64,000 nucleotides of DNA from a bacterium (GCA_028275345.1 JAPWUV010000008.1:140872-204871); one strand, 5' to 3'. Shown: positions 48,070-57,650, counted from the stretch's first letter. The notes: a model not told the origin generated them from the letters alone. Program-made: numbers and translations.

Positions 48070-49257
48070 TCAGGTGCGGGGCGCAGCCTCGGCAGGCTGG
48101 GTAGCACGCTTTTCTGCGCGCAGGAATCCCTGCAGGCGATCGAGACCGATGCGGATATTCTCGAGGGAATTGGCGTAGCTGAAGCGGAGAAATCCCTCCG
48201 CACCCGGGCCGAAGTCGATACCGGGCGCCACCGCAACTCGCGCTTTTTCCAGCATGTCGAAGGCGAGACGGTAAGAGTCCTTCGAAATGTGCCGTGCATC
48301 GGCAAGGACGTAGAAAGCTCCCTGGGGCTCCGAGTAGATGCCGAAGCCGATTTCCCGCAGCCGCTTCAGCATGTACCGGCGACGCTGGTCGTAGGTCCGG
48401 ACCATCTCGTCGAGCTCCGGATGATGTTCCGTGAGGGCAGCTACCCCTGCCCATTGCGACACGGAACTGGCGCAGACGAAGAGATTCTGCTGCAATTTCT
48501 GCATGGGACGGATGAATTCGGGGGGAGCGATCACGTAACCCAGGCGCCAGCCGGTCATGGCGAAGTACTTCGAGAAACCGTTGATCACAAAGGCCCGATC
48601 AGTGAACTCCAGGATGGTGTGGTCCCGCGTCCCGTACACGAGTCCGTGGTAGATCTCGTCCGAGATGATGACAAGCCCACTTTCTGCCAGCTCGGCAATG
48701 GCGGAGAGAGTCGCCGCCGAGAGGACCTTCCCCGTGGGATTGGCAGGGGAGTTGATGATCACGGCTTTGGTCTGTGGGTCCATGGCTTCAGCAAGGGCTT
48801 CGGGATGGACGTCGAAACCGTCCTCGGGGGATAGGCGTACCCGGCAGGCCACCGCTCCTACGTGGTGGAGGAAATTAGGGTAGCAAGCATAGCAGGGATC
48901 CGTGACCAGTACCTTGTCGCCCGGGTTGAGAAGGGAGCAAAGCACCAGCAACAGACCCGGCGACGTTCCCATCGTCACGATGACGCGCTCGGGGGAGACA
49001 TTGACCCGATAGCGGCGGGCGTAATAGGCGGCGATCGCTTCCCGAAGCTCGGGGATTCCCAGACTGTGCGTGTAGTGTGTGGCTCCACGCCGGATGGCTT
49101 CGATGCCAGCCTGGCGAATCTTTTCTGGCGTATCGAAATCTGGTTCTCCGATCTCCAGATGAATGATGTGTTCCCCTTGGCGCTCGAGCTCGTGAGCGCG
49201 TTCCAGCACGTCCATGACGATGAAGGGGGCGATCTCTTGCGCGCGTTGCGAGACCAT
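48070..49257 (-). CDS. Class I/II pyridoxal-phosphate aminotransferase (aspartate/aromatic type)
   Basis: INSPANPTG, PLP-lysine context SFSKYFAMTGWRLGY. ATG at 49257 preceded by GGAGAAGGAGG. Confidence 0.9.
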   Translation of the reverse strand: MVSQRAQEIAPFIVMDVLERAHELERQGEHIIHLEIGEPDFDTPEKIRQAGIEAIRRGATHYTHSLGIPELREAIAAYYARRYRVNVSPERVIVTMGTSPGLLLVLCSLLNPGDKVLVTDPCYACYPNFLHHVGAVACRVRLSPEDGFDVHPEALAEAMDPQTKAVIINSPANPTGKVLSAATLSAIAELAESGLVIISDEIYHGLVYGTRDHTILEFTDRAFVINGFSKYFAMTGWRLGYVIAPPEFIRPMQKLQQNLFVCASSVSQWAGVAALTEHHPELDEMVRTYDQRRRYMLKRLREIGFGIYSEPQGAFYVLADARHISKDSYRLAFDMLEKARVAVAPGIDFGPGAEGFLRFSYANSLENIRIGLDRLQGFLRAEKRATQPAEAAPRT

Positions 49258-49294
49258 GATGCTAACCTCCTTCTCCGGCTGGGAAAAGTGCCGA

Positions 49295-49323
49295 AATATA
49301 GCGATTATGTCCCGCCATAGCAA
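49295..49323 (-). promoter_or_regulatory. Sigma70-like promoter candidate for the aminotransferase (TTGCTA-17 nt-TATATT on minus strand)
   Basis: The reverse complement reads TTGCTA-tggcgggacataatcgc-TATATT-tcgg, about 38 nt upstream of the ATG at 49257. Confidence 0.45.
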
Positions 49324-49494
49324 CTTCTTCCAATCGCGGCCACTCCGAAAGAAATACGGGGCCCACGCCTTATTTCCTTCGGCGCCCCGGCGGAATCTCA
49401 GTCTTCGCTTTCCGGAAGGGGCTCGCCCGGAAGCGGTGGCAACGGGTCTTATCTCCGCAGGAGTGTTCCCGTGCGGGGCGGATCGGGAAAGACA

Positions 49495-49523
49495 TTGCTT
49501 TTGAGGGGCCGGATCCTTATATT
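49495..49523 (+). promoter_or_regulatory. Sigma70-like promoter candidate for the GT2 gene (TTGCTT-17 nt-TATATT)
   Basis: -35 at 49495-49500, -10 at 49518-49523 followed by CGG. The ATG at 49532 lies only 8 nt after the -10 element. Confidence 0.45.
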
Positions 49524-49531
49524 CGGAGCCG

Positions 49532-50224
49532 ATGAGACCGAAGACGGCCGTCGTGATCCCGGCGTATCAGTGCGCGGGCCAGGTCGGCGCTGTGGTTCGC
49601 GAGGTTCAGGAGGAGCTGGCAGGCTCCGGGATCATCGTGGTGGATGATGGATCGGGCGACGGCACGGCGGAGGCAGCGCGAAACGCCGGGGCTGTGGTTC
49701 TTTCTCATCCGCGGAACAGGGGAAAGGGCGCGGCCTTGCGCACCGGGTTTGCCGAGGCCCTGAGGCGCGGTTACCAGGTGGTCGTGACCGTCGACGGCGA
49801 TGGTCAACATCGGGGCCAAGACGCGGCGGTGCTGGCTGCAGTGGTAGCCGAGGGGCAGGCGGACTTGGCCTTGGGCAATCGCATGGGCAATCCCGAGCGA
49901 ATGCCCTGGGACCGAAGGTGGAGCAATCGGTTATCCTCCCTCCTGGTCTCGATCGCCTGCCTTCGGAGGATTCCTGACAGCCAGTGCGGGGTGAGGGCCA
50001 TTTCCGCGGAGCTGCTCCGGAGCTTGCCCCTGGCGTCGGACCGGTTCGAAATCGAGACCGAGGTGATCCTTGCGGCGGCCAAGTCCGGGGCGCGGATTGC
50101 CAGCTTGCCCGTCGCCAGCGTGTATCCCGATGGGGAACAGAGTCCGCCGAGCCATGTGGCCCGCGTGCGAGACACGCTTCGGTTCCTCCGATTCCTGTTG
50201 ATGTTTCTACTGCGGTGGGGTTAG
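49532..50224 (+). CDS. Family 2 glycosyltransferase (polyprenol-phosphate sugar synthase-like)
   Basis: VVIPAYQ, VVDDGSGDGT, RNRGKGAALRTG, VTVDGDGQH. Confidence 0.85.
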   Translation: MRPKTAVVIPAYQCAGQVGAVVREVQEELAGSGIIVVDDGSGDGTAEAARNAGAVVLSHPRNRGKGAALRTGFAEALRRGYQVVVTVDGDGQHRGQDAAVLAAVVAEGQADLALGNRMGNPERMPWDRRWSNRLSSLLVSIACLRRIPDSQCGVRAISAELLRSLPLASDRFEIETEVILAAAKSGARIASLPVASVYPDGEQSPPSHVARVRDTLRFLRFLLMFLLRWG

Positions 50225-50264
50225 CAGGCTCGAGTGCGGTTTAGCCGACACGGGTGCGGGGCGA

Positions 50265-50771
50265 ATGGTCGACCACTTGGTCCAATGGTTTTCCGGCGTT
50301 CCCCGGACATGGGTCACGGCGCTGCTCTCCATGTTGCCGGTGACGGAGCTGCGAGGCGCGATCCCGTGGGCGCTGGCAAGTCCACCTTACGGAGGAGGAT
50401 TGAACTGGCGGGAAGCGTTTGTCTTCGCCACACTCGGCAACATGATCCCGATTGTGCCGTTGCTTCTTCTCCTGGAAAGGGGCTACCAGTACTTTCGCAG
50501 ATACACGTGGTTCGCGCGGGTCTTCGACAAGGCGTTGGCTCGTACGCGGCGAAAGGGCAAGGTGGTGGAGAAGTACCGGGCCTTGGGGCTTGCCCTCTTC
50601 GTGGGGGTGCCGTTGCCCGGCACCGGGGCCTGGACGGGAGCATTGGCCGCCTTTGTCTTTGGGATCCCGTTCCGCTACGCGTTGCCTGCCATTGCGGCGG
50701 GAGTGGTGATTGCTGGAGTGGTAGTGACCTTGGCCAGTCTCGGGGTGATCGGCATTTTTCGCGCGATTTGA
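50265..50771 (+). CDS. Small membrane protein, putative small multidrug-export family (COG2426-like)
   Basis: 4 TM segments. N-terminal LPVTELRGAIPWAL resembles that family. The assignment is tentative. Confidence 0.65.
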   Translation: MVDHLVQWFSGVPRTWVTALLSMLPVTELRGAIPWALASPPYGGGLNWREAFVFATLGNMIPIVPLLLLLERGYQYFRRYTWFARVFDKALARTRRKGKVVEKYRALGLALFVGVPLPGTGAWTGALAAFVFGIPFRYALPAIAAGVVIAGVVVTLASLGVIGIFRAI

Positions 50772-50836
50772 GGCGGGTTTGAAAAGAGTCCCCGGGTGAG
50801 GGGCGAGAGGCGGAAACGGCTTTCGCAGCAGGATTT

Positions 50837-50911
50837 CGGGGCGTAGCGCAGCCCGGCCAGCGCGCTTGCTTCGGGAGCAAGAGGTCCCCGGTTCAAATCC
50901 GGGCGCCCCGA
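50837..50911 (+). tRNA. tRNA-Pro (anticodon CGG)
   Basis: A full cloverleaf can be drawn by hand: acceptor CGGGGCG/CGCCCCG, D stem GCGC/GCGC, anticodon stem CTTGC/GCAAG with loop TTCGGGA, T stem CCCGG/CCGGG with loop TTCAAAT, discriminator A. CCA is not encoded. Confidence 0.95.
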
Positions 50912-51022
50912 CAAGGATCCGATGGCGGTCCGAACCCACGAGGCGGTTGAGCAAGGGAGGGACGAGAGTCTCTCCTTTTTGCGTTTGGGACAGGCCTAAA
51001 GCAGCGGGAAGGTGAATGCACC

Positions 51023-53491
51023 ATGCCGAGAGCGAGTGATACGTACCCGTTTGCCGAGATCGAGAAGAAGTGGCAAAAATGGTGGGAAGAGCGTCGCCTC
51101 TACGAGACGGATATGAGCCGCACGGCAAATAAGCTGTACGTGTTGGTTATGTTCCTTTACCCATCGGCAGACCGACTTCACATCGGCCATTGGTACAACT
51201 ACGGCCCGACGGACACCTTCGCCCGCTTCAAGCGCATGCAGGGCTACAACGTCTTCGAGCCCATCGGTTACGATGCGTTCGGGCTCCCCGCAGAGAATTA
51301 CGCCATCAAGATGGGGATTCACCCGGCCGTCAGTACGGCGGAAAACATCCGCCAGATCCGGCAACAGCTCAAAGACATCGGCGCAATGTACGACTGGGCG
51401 AGGGAGATCAATACCTCCGACCCGTCCTATTATAAGTGGACGCAGTGGTTTTTCCTGCTCCTGTACAAGAATGGCCTGGCTTATCGGAAGAAGGCGCCGG
51501 TCAACTGGTGTCCCAGCTGCCAGACTGTCCTTGCCAACGAACAGGTGATCGAGGGGCGGTGCGAGCGCTGCTCGACGCCCGTCACCCGGAGAGACCTCGT
51601 CCAGTGGTTTTTCAAGATCACCGACTACGCCGAGAAGCTCCTCGAAGGCCACAAGAAGCTGGATTGGCCCGAGAAGACCATCGAGATGCAACGGAACTGG
51701 ATCGGGCGAAGCGAAGGAGCTGAGATCGATTTCCTCATCGATGGGCATCCGGATAAGAAGTTGCCGGTTTTCACGACGCGGCCTGACACGCTCTGGGGCG
51801 TGACGTACATGGTCTTGGCACCGGAGCATGAGCTGGTACCGGAGATCACCACGCCGGATCGCCGCGCCGACGTAGAGGCCTACGTGGAGCAAGCCCGGAG
51901 AGCGTCGGAGATCGAGCGAACTTCCACGGAGCGGGAGAAGACGGGCGTATTCACCGGAGCCTACGCCATCAACCCTGTGAACGGAGAACGTGTCCCCATC
52001 TGGATCGCCGACTACGTGCTCGTGACGTACGGCACGGGGGCGATCATGGCGGTACCCGCCCATGACCAGCGCGATTTCGAGTTTGCCCAAAGGTACAACC
52101 TACCGGTCCGCCAGGTGATCAGCCCGGACGGACAGCCCAGTCTGGAGCCGCTGACCCGCGCGTACGAAGAGCCGGGTGTGATGATCAATTCCGGCCCCTT
52201 CTCCGGCACACCTTCCCAGGAAGGAATTCAGCGGGTGATCGAGTTTCTGGAGAGGCAAGGGATCGGACGACGCAAGGTCAACTATCGCTTGCGGGACTGG
52301 CTCATCTCCAGGCAAAGGTATTGGGGAGCGCCCATCCCCATCATCTACTGCCCAGCCTGCGGCGAGGTACCTGTCCCAGAAGAGGACTTGCCAGTGATGC
52401 TCCCGCATGAGGTCGAATTCGGGGTACGGGGCATGTCCCCGTTGGCCACAAACCCCGATTTCGTCAACACTACCTGCCCGAAATGCGGCAGACCGGCGAA
52501 GCGAGAAGTGGACACGATGGATACCTTCGTCTGCTCCAGCTGGTATTACCTCCGGTACCCGGATCCCAGCTATCAGGAGGGCCCGTTCAATCCGGAGCTG
52601 GTTCGGAAGTGGTTACCCGTGGATGTGTACGTGGGCGGCGCGGAACACGCGACGATGCATCTTCTGTACGCCCGCTTCTTCACGAAGGTACTTTACGACC
52701 TCGGCTTGGTGCATTTCGACGAGCCTTTCCTGAGGCTGGTGCACCAGGGCGTGATCACCAATAAGGGCGCGAAGATGTCGAAGTCGCGCGGCAACGTGGT
52801 GAATCCGGACGAGTATATCCGCGAGTACGGCTCCGATGTGTTCCGCCTCTTCCTCATGTTCATGGGCGATTACGCTGAAGGAGGCGACTGGAGCCACGAG
52901 GGAATCCACGGGATGAGCCGCTTCGTGAACCGCGTCTGGCGCCTGGTGAACGAGTACGTGGAGGATCCTCCGCGGGGAGAGGAGACCGAACACGTCCGAC
53001 CTCTCCAGAGGCAGCGGCACTTTGCGGTGAAAATGGTCACTCGGGACCTGGAGCGCTTCCACTTTAACACCGCCATCAGCCGGATCATGGAGCTGGTGAA
53101 CGAGATCAGCGCCTACCGGCAGGCCGTTCCCGCGGCCGAGCAAAACGCCGAGGTCCTCCGGGATGCTGTTCGGACCCTGGTGCTGCTACTGGCTCCCTTT
53201 GCGCCTCACCTCGGGGAGGAACTGTGGATGCGGATCGGAGAGGCGCCGAGCGTTTTCAACCAAAGATGGCCGGAATACGACGAGGCAATCCTCGCCGCGG
53301 AGAAGGTCCGCATCGCGGTTCAGGTCAACGGCAAGGTGCGCGCCACGATCGAAGTGGATGCCGATTCGGACGATGGCGAGGTCGTGCAAGCGGCTCTCGC
53401 CGACGACCGAATACGCCGCTACCTGGAGGGGAAGGAGGTCATCCGAACCGTTGTGGTGCCCAAGCGGCTTGTGAACATCGTCGTGAAATAG
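51023..53491 (+). CDS. leuS: Leucyl-tRNA synthetase
   Basis: HIGH-type LHIGHWYNY, CP1 editing domain, KMSKSRGN, zinc-type CPSC..CERC. Confidence 0.97.
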   Translation: MPRASDTYPFAEIEKKWQKWWEERRLYETDMSRTANKLYVLVMFLYPSADRLHIGHWYNYGPTDTFARFKRMQGYNVFEPIGYDAFGLPAENYAIKMGIHPAVSTAENIRQIRQQLKDIGAMYDWAREINTSDPSYYKWTQWFFLLLYKNGLAYRKKAPVNWCPSCQTVLANEQVIEGRCERCSTPVTRRDLVQWFFKITDYAEKLLEGHKKLDWPEKTIEMQRNWIGRSEGAEIDFLIDGHPDKKLPVFTTRPDTLWGVTYMVLAPEHELVPEITTPDRRADVEAYVEQARRASEIERTSTEREKTGVFTGAYAINPVNGERVPIWIADYVLVTYGTGAIMAVPAHDQRDFEFAQRYNLPVRQVISPDGQPSLEPLTRAYEEPGVMINSGPFSGTPSQEGIQRVIEFLERQGIGRRKVNYRLRDWLISRQRYWGAPIPIIYCPACGEVPVPEEDLPVMLPHEVEFGVRGMSPLATNPDFVNTTCPKCGRPAKREVDTMDTFVCSSWYYLRYPDPSYQEGPFNPELVRKWLPVDVYVGGAEHATMHLLYARFFTKVLYDLGLVHFDEPFLRLVHQGVITNKGAKMSKSRGNVVNPDEYIREYGSDVFRLFLMFMGDYAEGGDWSHEGIHGMSRFVNRVWRLVNEYVEDPPRGEETEHVRPLQRQRHFAVKMVTRDLERFHFNTAISRIMELVNEISAYRQAVPAAEQNAEVLRDAVRTLVLLLAPFAPHLGEELWMRIGEAPSVFNQRWPEYDEAILAAEKVRIAVQVNGKVRATIEVDADSDDGEVVQAALADDRIRRYLEGKEVIRTVVVPKRLVNIVVK

Positions 53492-53527
53492 GGGCTTGTG
53501 GATTCGTGCTACCTGGGGGAGACCGGT

Positions 53528-53560
53528 GGCCGCCCTGCCAGTGAGGGCGGCCTTGTTTTT
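53528..53560 (+). terminator. Rho-independent terminator of leuS
   Basis: GGCCGCCCT-gccagtg-AGGGCGGCC followed by TTGTTTTT. Confidence 0.7.
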
Positions 53561-53726
53561 ACCCGGCCGTCCGCCGCGGGGGGAATGTTGGCTGCTTGGG
53601 GAAATCCCCTGAAGAAAAACTCTGTGCTCCTGCGGGAAAGATTTGCGTTTGGAGGGGGAATTCGTAACTTCAGTCGCTTGGCTGGACGGAAACTGGGTCA
53701 GATCGGACTGATTCGGAGGAGAAAGG

Positions 53727-54527
53727 GTGAAGCTCGGGATCGTTTCCGATGAGATTGTGCCGGATTTCGCCGAAGCCGTTTGGCACGGCAAGCGTTGGGG
53801 TATTTTCGATTACGAAATCCGTGTGCTGCGTACCGGTCGGGTGCCCAACATCGACCGAGAGGAATTTCGCTCGGTGATGCGAACCGTCGACCGCGAGCGC
53901 GTGCGGGTGACGGCGCTCTCGCCAGGCGTCTTCAAGATCCCGCTCAAGGATCGCGAACGTGTGGAGAAGGAGATCACGGAGGTCCTGCCCGAGACCTTTC
54001 GCCTGGCGGAGCAATTGGGGACACGGTTGATCATCGTGTTCGGATTCGAGAATTACCCGGGCGAGCCCGAGGACAACCGAGACCGCGTGGTGGAGATCTT
54101 CGGACGGGTGGCGCGCCTCGGCCAGGAGCACGGGTTTACCATCGCGGTGGAGAATGAGCCGAACCACTGGTGCGACACCGCAAGCCGCACCGCAGCGATC
54201 CTGCGCGGGGTGAACTCTCCGTACCTGCGCTCGAACTGGGACTTGGGTAACTGCTTCTGCTCGGGAGAGACCCCTTTTCCCGACGGCTGGCGGGCGATCC
54301 GGGACTTCGTGGTGAACGTCCATATCAAGGACTACTGCAGGAAGAACGGCAACTGCGAGTGCGTCCTGGTGGGCGATGGGGAGATCGACTACGAGGGGCA
54401 GCTAGTGGCTCTGCAGCGCGAAAAGCCTCTGCACCATGTGACGCTCGAGACGCATGTCACCCCCTTCCTGCAGAGTAGCCGGATCTGCGCTCATCGTCTG
54501 CAAGCGATGCTCCGGAGGTTAGGATGA
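53727..54527 (+). CDS. Sugar phosphate isomerase/epimerase (xylose-isomerase-like TIM barrel)
   Basis: Family-like pattern (LGTRLIIVFG.., FTIAVENEPNHW, HIKDY). GTG start after GGAGGAG. Confidence 0.75.
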   Translation: MKLGIVSDEIVPDFAEAVWHGKRWGIFDYEIRVLRTGRVPNIDREEFRSVMRTVDRERVRVTALSPGVFKIPLKDRERVEKEITEVLPETFRLAEQLGTRLIIVFGFENYPGEPEDNRDRVVEIFGRVARLGQEHGFTIAVENEPNHWCDTASRTAAILRGVNSPYLRSNWDLGNCFCSGETPFPDGWRAIRDFVVNVHIKDYCRKNGNCECVLVGDGEIDYEGQLVALQREKPLHHVTLETHVTPFLQSSRICAHRLQAMLRRLG

Positions 54528-55579
54528 GCCGGAAGGTTCGTGCTGCACTGATCGGGGTGGGTGGCTACGGTCGCGTCCTCCTCCGGGCGAGTAAGCAGGT
54601 GGGAGATTTTGAAATCGTGAAGGCCTACTACTACCGGCCGGAGCGGATCCACCAGCTGGAGGCCGAGCTGGGGATGCCGGTGACCGCCGATTTCGAGGAG
54701 ATTCTCGAAGATCCGTCCATCGATGCCCTTGTGATCGCCACGCCCAACGATCAGCACCTGCCGCAAGCAAAGGCCGGTCTCGAGCACGGAAAGGCGGTAT
54801 TCGTGGATAAGCCGATCACGAATTACGTGCAGGAGGCCATCGAGCTCATTCGCTGTGAGCAGAGAACTGGCGGCTTGCTGATGGTGGGCCACAACTACCG
54901 CCGCATGCCCGCCATTCGAGCATGCGAAAGAGCTATCCGGGAAGGGCGAATTGGGGAGCTCCTCAGCGTGGAGGGGAATTTCTCCCGCGGCGGGGCCTAC
55001 GAGGTCACCTCGTCCAGCTGGCGGCGTCAGGATCGGTGTCCGACGGGACCCATGATCCAGCTGGGCATTCATCAGATCGACGTGATGCTTCACTGGTGTG
55101 GCGTGCCGGAGAGCGTGGCTGGGGCCTTGGAGAAACTGTATGTCGACGGGCTCAACGTGGACAATACGGCGGGGCTCATCCACTTTCGCTCGGGGCGGCT
55201 TGCCACAGTGCAGTCCAACTACCTGGGTCCGTTTCGGGGACTAATGCGAGCGTACGGTACCCGAGGCATCCTGGAAAGCGATTCCCTTTCGGCAACTTTG
55301 GTGCAGGAGTCGGGGGCTGTCGAGGTCCTGTACCGCGGCTGCTCCTCGTTCGATGCGGAAAGAGACGCTTCCCTGCGGGAGCAATTCGAGGAATTTGCTC
55401 GCCTGGTGCGCGACGGGGGACGACCGGAGACGGATTCGATCTCCGCCATGCTCGCCCTCGCCGTAGTGAACGCCATTGAGCTGTCTGCCGAGAGCGGACG
55501 GATAGTTCGTGTCGCGGAGCTGGTTCCCGAGGAGTTTCTGCCTCCCGGGACGGAACGCGTTAAGATCCTGGCCACCTAA
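54524..55579 (+). CDS. Gfo/Idh/MocA-family NAD(P)-dependent oxidoreductase
   Basis: N-terminal Rossmann fold (RAALIGVGGYG), VIATPNDQH, FVDKPIT. Overlaps the preceding gene by 4 nt. Confidence 0.85.
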   Translation: MSRKVRAALIGVGGYGRVLLRASKQVGDFEIVKAYYYRPERIHQLEAELGMPVTADFEEILEDPSIDALVIATPNDQHLPQAKAGLEHGKAVFVDKPITNYVQEAIELIRCEQRTGGLLMVGHNYRRMPAIRACERAIREGRIGELLSVEGNFSRGGAYEVTSSSWRRQDRCPTGPMIQLGIHQIDVMLHWCGVPESVAGALEKLYVDGLNVDNTAGLIHFRSGRLATVQSNYLGPFRGLMRAYGTRGILESDSLSATLVQESGAVEVLYRGCSSFDAERDASLREQFEEFARLVRDGGRPETDSISAMLALAVVNAIELSAESGRIVRVAELVPEEFLPPGTERVKILAT

Positions 55580-56967
55580 TGAGGCTGCCGAAGTTCTCCA
55601 TTCCTCTCTTCGGCCTTTGCACGCTGACGGCAATGGTCGCTTTTGGCCAGAGCCGCGAGAAAGGTCTTCTGGCGTGGGCGGACGTCTACCGATTCCCTGA
55701 GAGTGACAGCAGCTGCGTGGTGGAGGTCGATTACGCCATCGAGCGCGGTTCGCTGGCCTACCGAGACCAGGGCCCCTTCCGCATTGCTTCGGCTCGCATC
55801 GAATGCGAAATCTATCGGGACCAGGACGTGGTCCATCGATCGCAGATTGAAGTGCAGGATACGATGAGCGCCGTGGCCCAGGTGAGAGGGGGACAAAAGC
55901 TGCTCGAGATGCGGAGGTATCGCTTCCGGCCGGGGCGGTATGTGTTGGCCATCTCCTTCCACGATGAGGTAGCCGGTGTGAGTCGGTCGGTGAGCGATAC
56001 CCTCGAGGTTACGGGGCGCAAGAAGTCGGCCCTCGACGGCTCGGACCTCATCCTTGCGTCTTTCTTGCGGCCGTCTTCGGAATCGAGTTCGGCCTACTGG
56101 AGGAATGGTTTGGAGGTGGTACCCAACGCGTCGAGAGTCTTCGGGAGGGGCCTGGAGGATCTGCATTTCTACGCCGAGGTGTACGGGCTTGCTCAGGCGG
56201 CCGATGGATCCGGTTGTTACTCAATGGATGTTGCGGTACGCGATGCCGCCGGACGCACGCCGATTCAGTACATCGGGTCCGCTCACCGCGTAAAGGGGAA
56301 GGCATGTGCGGTGCATGGGAGCGTGAGCTTGCGCGACTTGGATGCGGGCGTCTACCAGATGGAGGTGAGGGTCCACGACTGCGTCTCCGGAGACAGCCTG
56401 CACCTGTCGCGACCCTTCTTCGTTGTCCGACCCGCCCTGGCCAGTTCCACTCCCGGACGCCCGGACCTTGCCGAGGGGGCGGTCGCGTCCGAGTACGCGC
56501 AGATGACGGAGAGGCAACTGGATTCCCTGTTCGCCTTGAGCGAATACGTCGCCACGGGCGAAGAGCGCGCTGTGTATCCGCGGCTGGATTTGGAGGGCAA
56601 GCGCAATTTTCTGGTTCAATTCTGGAAGCGCAGGGATCCGAACCCTGCCACTCCTGAGAACGAAGCCCGGAGGGACTACTTCCAGCGCATTGGCTATGCC
56701 AACCAGCATTTCTCGTTTGGGCGGCGACAGGGGTGGCGCACCGACAGAGGCAGGGTGCTCTTGCAATATGGCTGGCCGGATCATGTGGATCGCCAAGTCG
56801 GGGAAATGATCGAGAATCCGTACGAGATCTGGACATACGAGAAGCTTCAAGGGGGGATCTTGTTTGTGTTCGTGGACCGGCGGCGTACCGGGGAGTACGA
56901 ACTGGTCCACTCGACCGCGCTGGGGGAGATCAAGGATGAGCACTGGTCGGATTACCTCTACCGCTGA
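55579..56967 (+). CDS. GWxTD-domain protein (secreted)
   Basis: Signal peptide. C-terminal domain with FWKRRDPNP...YFQRI..AN..F and a literal GWRTDRG motif, then YEIWTYE. Confidence 0.8.
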   Translation: MRLPKFSIPLFGLCTLTAMVAFGQSREKGLLAWADVYRFPESDSSCVVEVDYAIERGSLAYRDQGPFRIASARIECEIYRDQDVVHRSQIEVQDTMSAVAQVRGGQKLLEMRRYRFRPGRYVLAISFHDEVAGVSRSVSDTLEVTGRKKSALDGSDLILASFLRPSSESSSAYWRNGLEVVPNASRVFGRGLEDLHFYAEVYGLAQAADGSGCYSMDVAVRDAAGRTPIQYIGSAHRVKGKACAVHGSVSLRDLDAGVYQMEVRVHDCVSGDSLHLSRPFFVVRPALASSTPGRPDLAEGAVASEYAQMTERQLDSLFALSEYVATGEERAVYPRLDLEGKRNFLVQFWKRRDPNPATPENEARRDYFQRIGYANQHFSFGRRQGWRTDRGRVLLQYGWPDHVDRQVGEMIENPYEIWTYEKLQGGILFVFVDRRRTGEYELVHSTALGEIKDEHWSDYLYR

Positions 56968-57011
56968 GATCGGAAGGGTACCCCTGAGTGCTAAGCGAGG
57001 AGGTCGTAGAG

Positions 57012-57650
57012 ATGGGACTGTTGCAAGAAATTGCCGAGGCCGTGATCACCGGAAAGGCACCGAAGGTGGAGGAGCTGACGAAGAAAGCCCTAGAGGAGGG
57101 CCTAGAACCTGCCCGCGTGCTCAATGAAGGGCTGATCGCCGGGATGAACGTCGTCGGCGAGAAATTCCGCAACAACGAGTACTACGTGCCCGAGGTTCTC
57201 ATTGCCGCTCGCGCGATGAAAGCCGGGATGGCCGTCCTGCGACCCCGATTGGCGGAGACCGGGGTCAAGCCAGTGGCGAAGTTCCTGATCGGCACGGTGA
57301 AGGGGGATCTGCATGACATCGGTAAGAACCTCGTTGCGATGATGATGGAGGGAGCGGGATTCGAGGTGATCGATCTGGGTGTGGACGTCTCGCCCGAGAA
57401 GTTCGTGGAGGCGGTGGAGAAGAACGAGCCCCAGGTAGTCGGTCTCTCGGCGCTGCTGACCACCACGATGCTGAACATGAGGGGGGTCATCGAGACACTG
57501 GAGAAGACCGGGCATCGCAAACATGTCAAGGTCATCGTGGGTGGCGCTCCAGTGACGCAGTCCTTCGCGGACGAAATTGGGGCGGATGGCTACGCGCCGG
57601 ATGCCGCCTCCGCCGTGGAGAAGGTCAAGGAGATGTTGAATCTGAACTAG
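57012..57650 (+). CDS. Corrinoid (cobalamin)-binding protein, MtaC/MtbC-like
   Basis: N-terminal helical cap plus B12-binding Rossmann domain with DxHxxG (GDLHDIGKN), SALLTTT and VIVGGAP. ATG at 57012 with GAGGAGG RBS. Confidence 0.85.
   Translation: MGLLQEIAEAVITGKAPKVEELTKKALEEGLEPARVLNEGLIAGMNVVGEKFRNNEYYVPEVLIAARAMKAGMAVLRPRLAETGVKPVAKFLIGTVKGDLHDIGKNLVAMMMEGAGFEVIDLGVDVSPEKFVEAVEKNEPQVVGLSALLTTTMLNMRGVIETLEKTGHRKHVKVIVGGAPVTQSFADEIGADGYAPDAASAVEKVKEMLNLN

Noticed and set aside
48007-48834. 275-aa + strand ORF
   Set aside because: It is antisense to the PLP aminotransferase, which has clear NPTG and SxSK motifs. No motifs of its own.
44597-50911. Tyrosine recombinase plus tRNA-Pro as boundaries of an integrated genomic island
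   Set aside because: The recombinase has XerC/XerD-type N- and C-terminal signatures and sits in a topA-xer-hpf housekeeping context, 5 kb from the tRNA. The genes between them (hpf, hprK, aminotransferase, GT2) are ordinary. I found no direct repeat of the tRNA 3' end.
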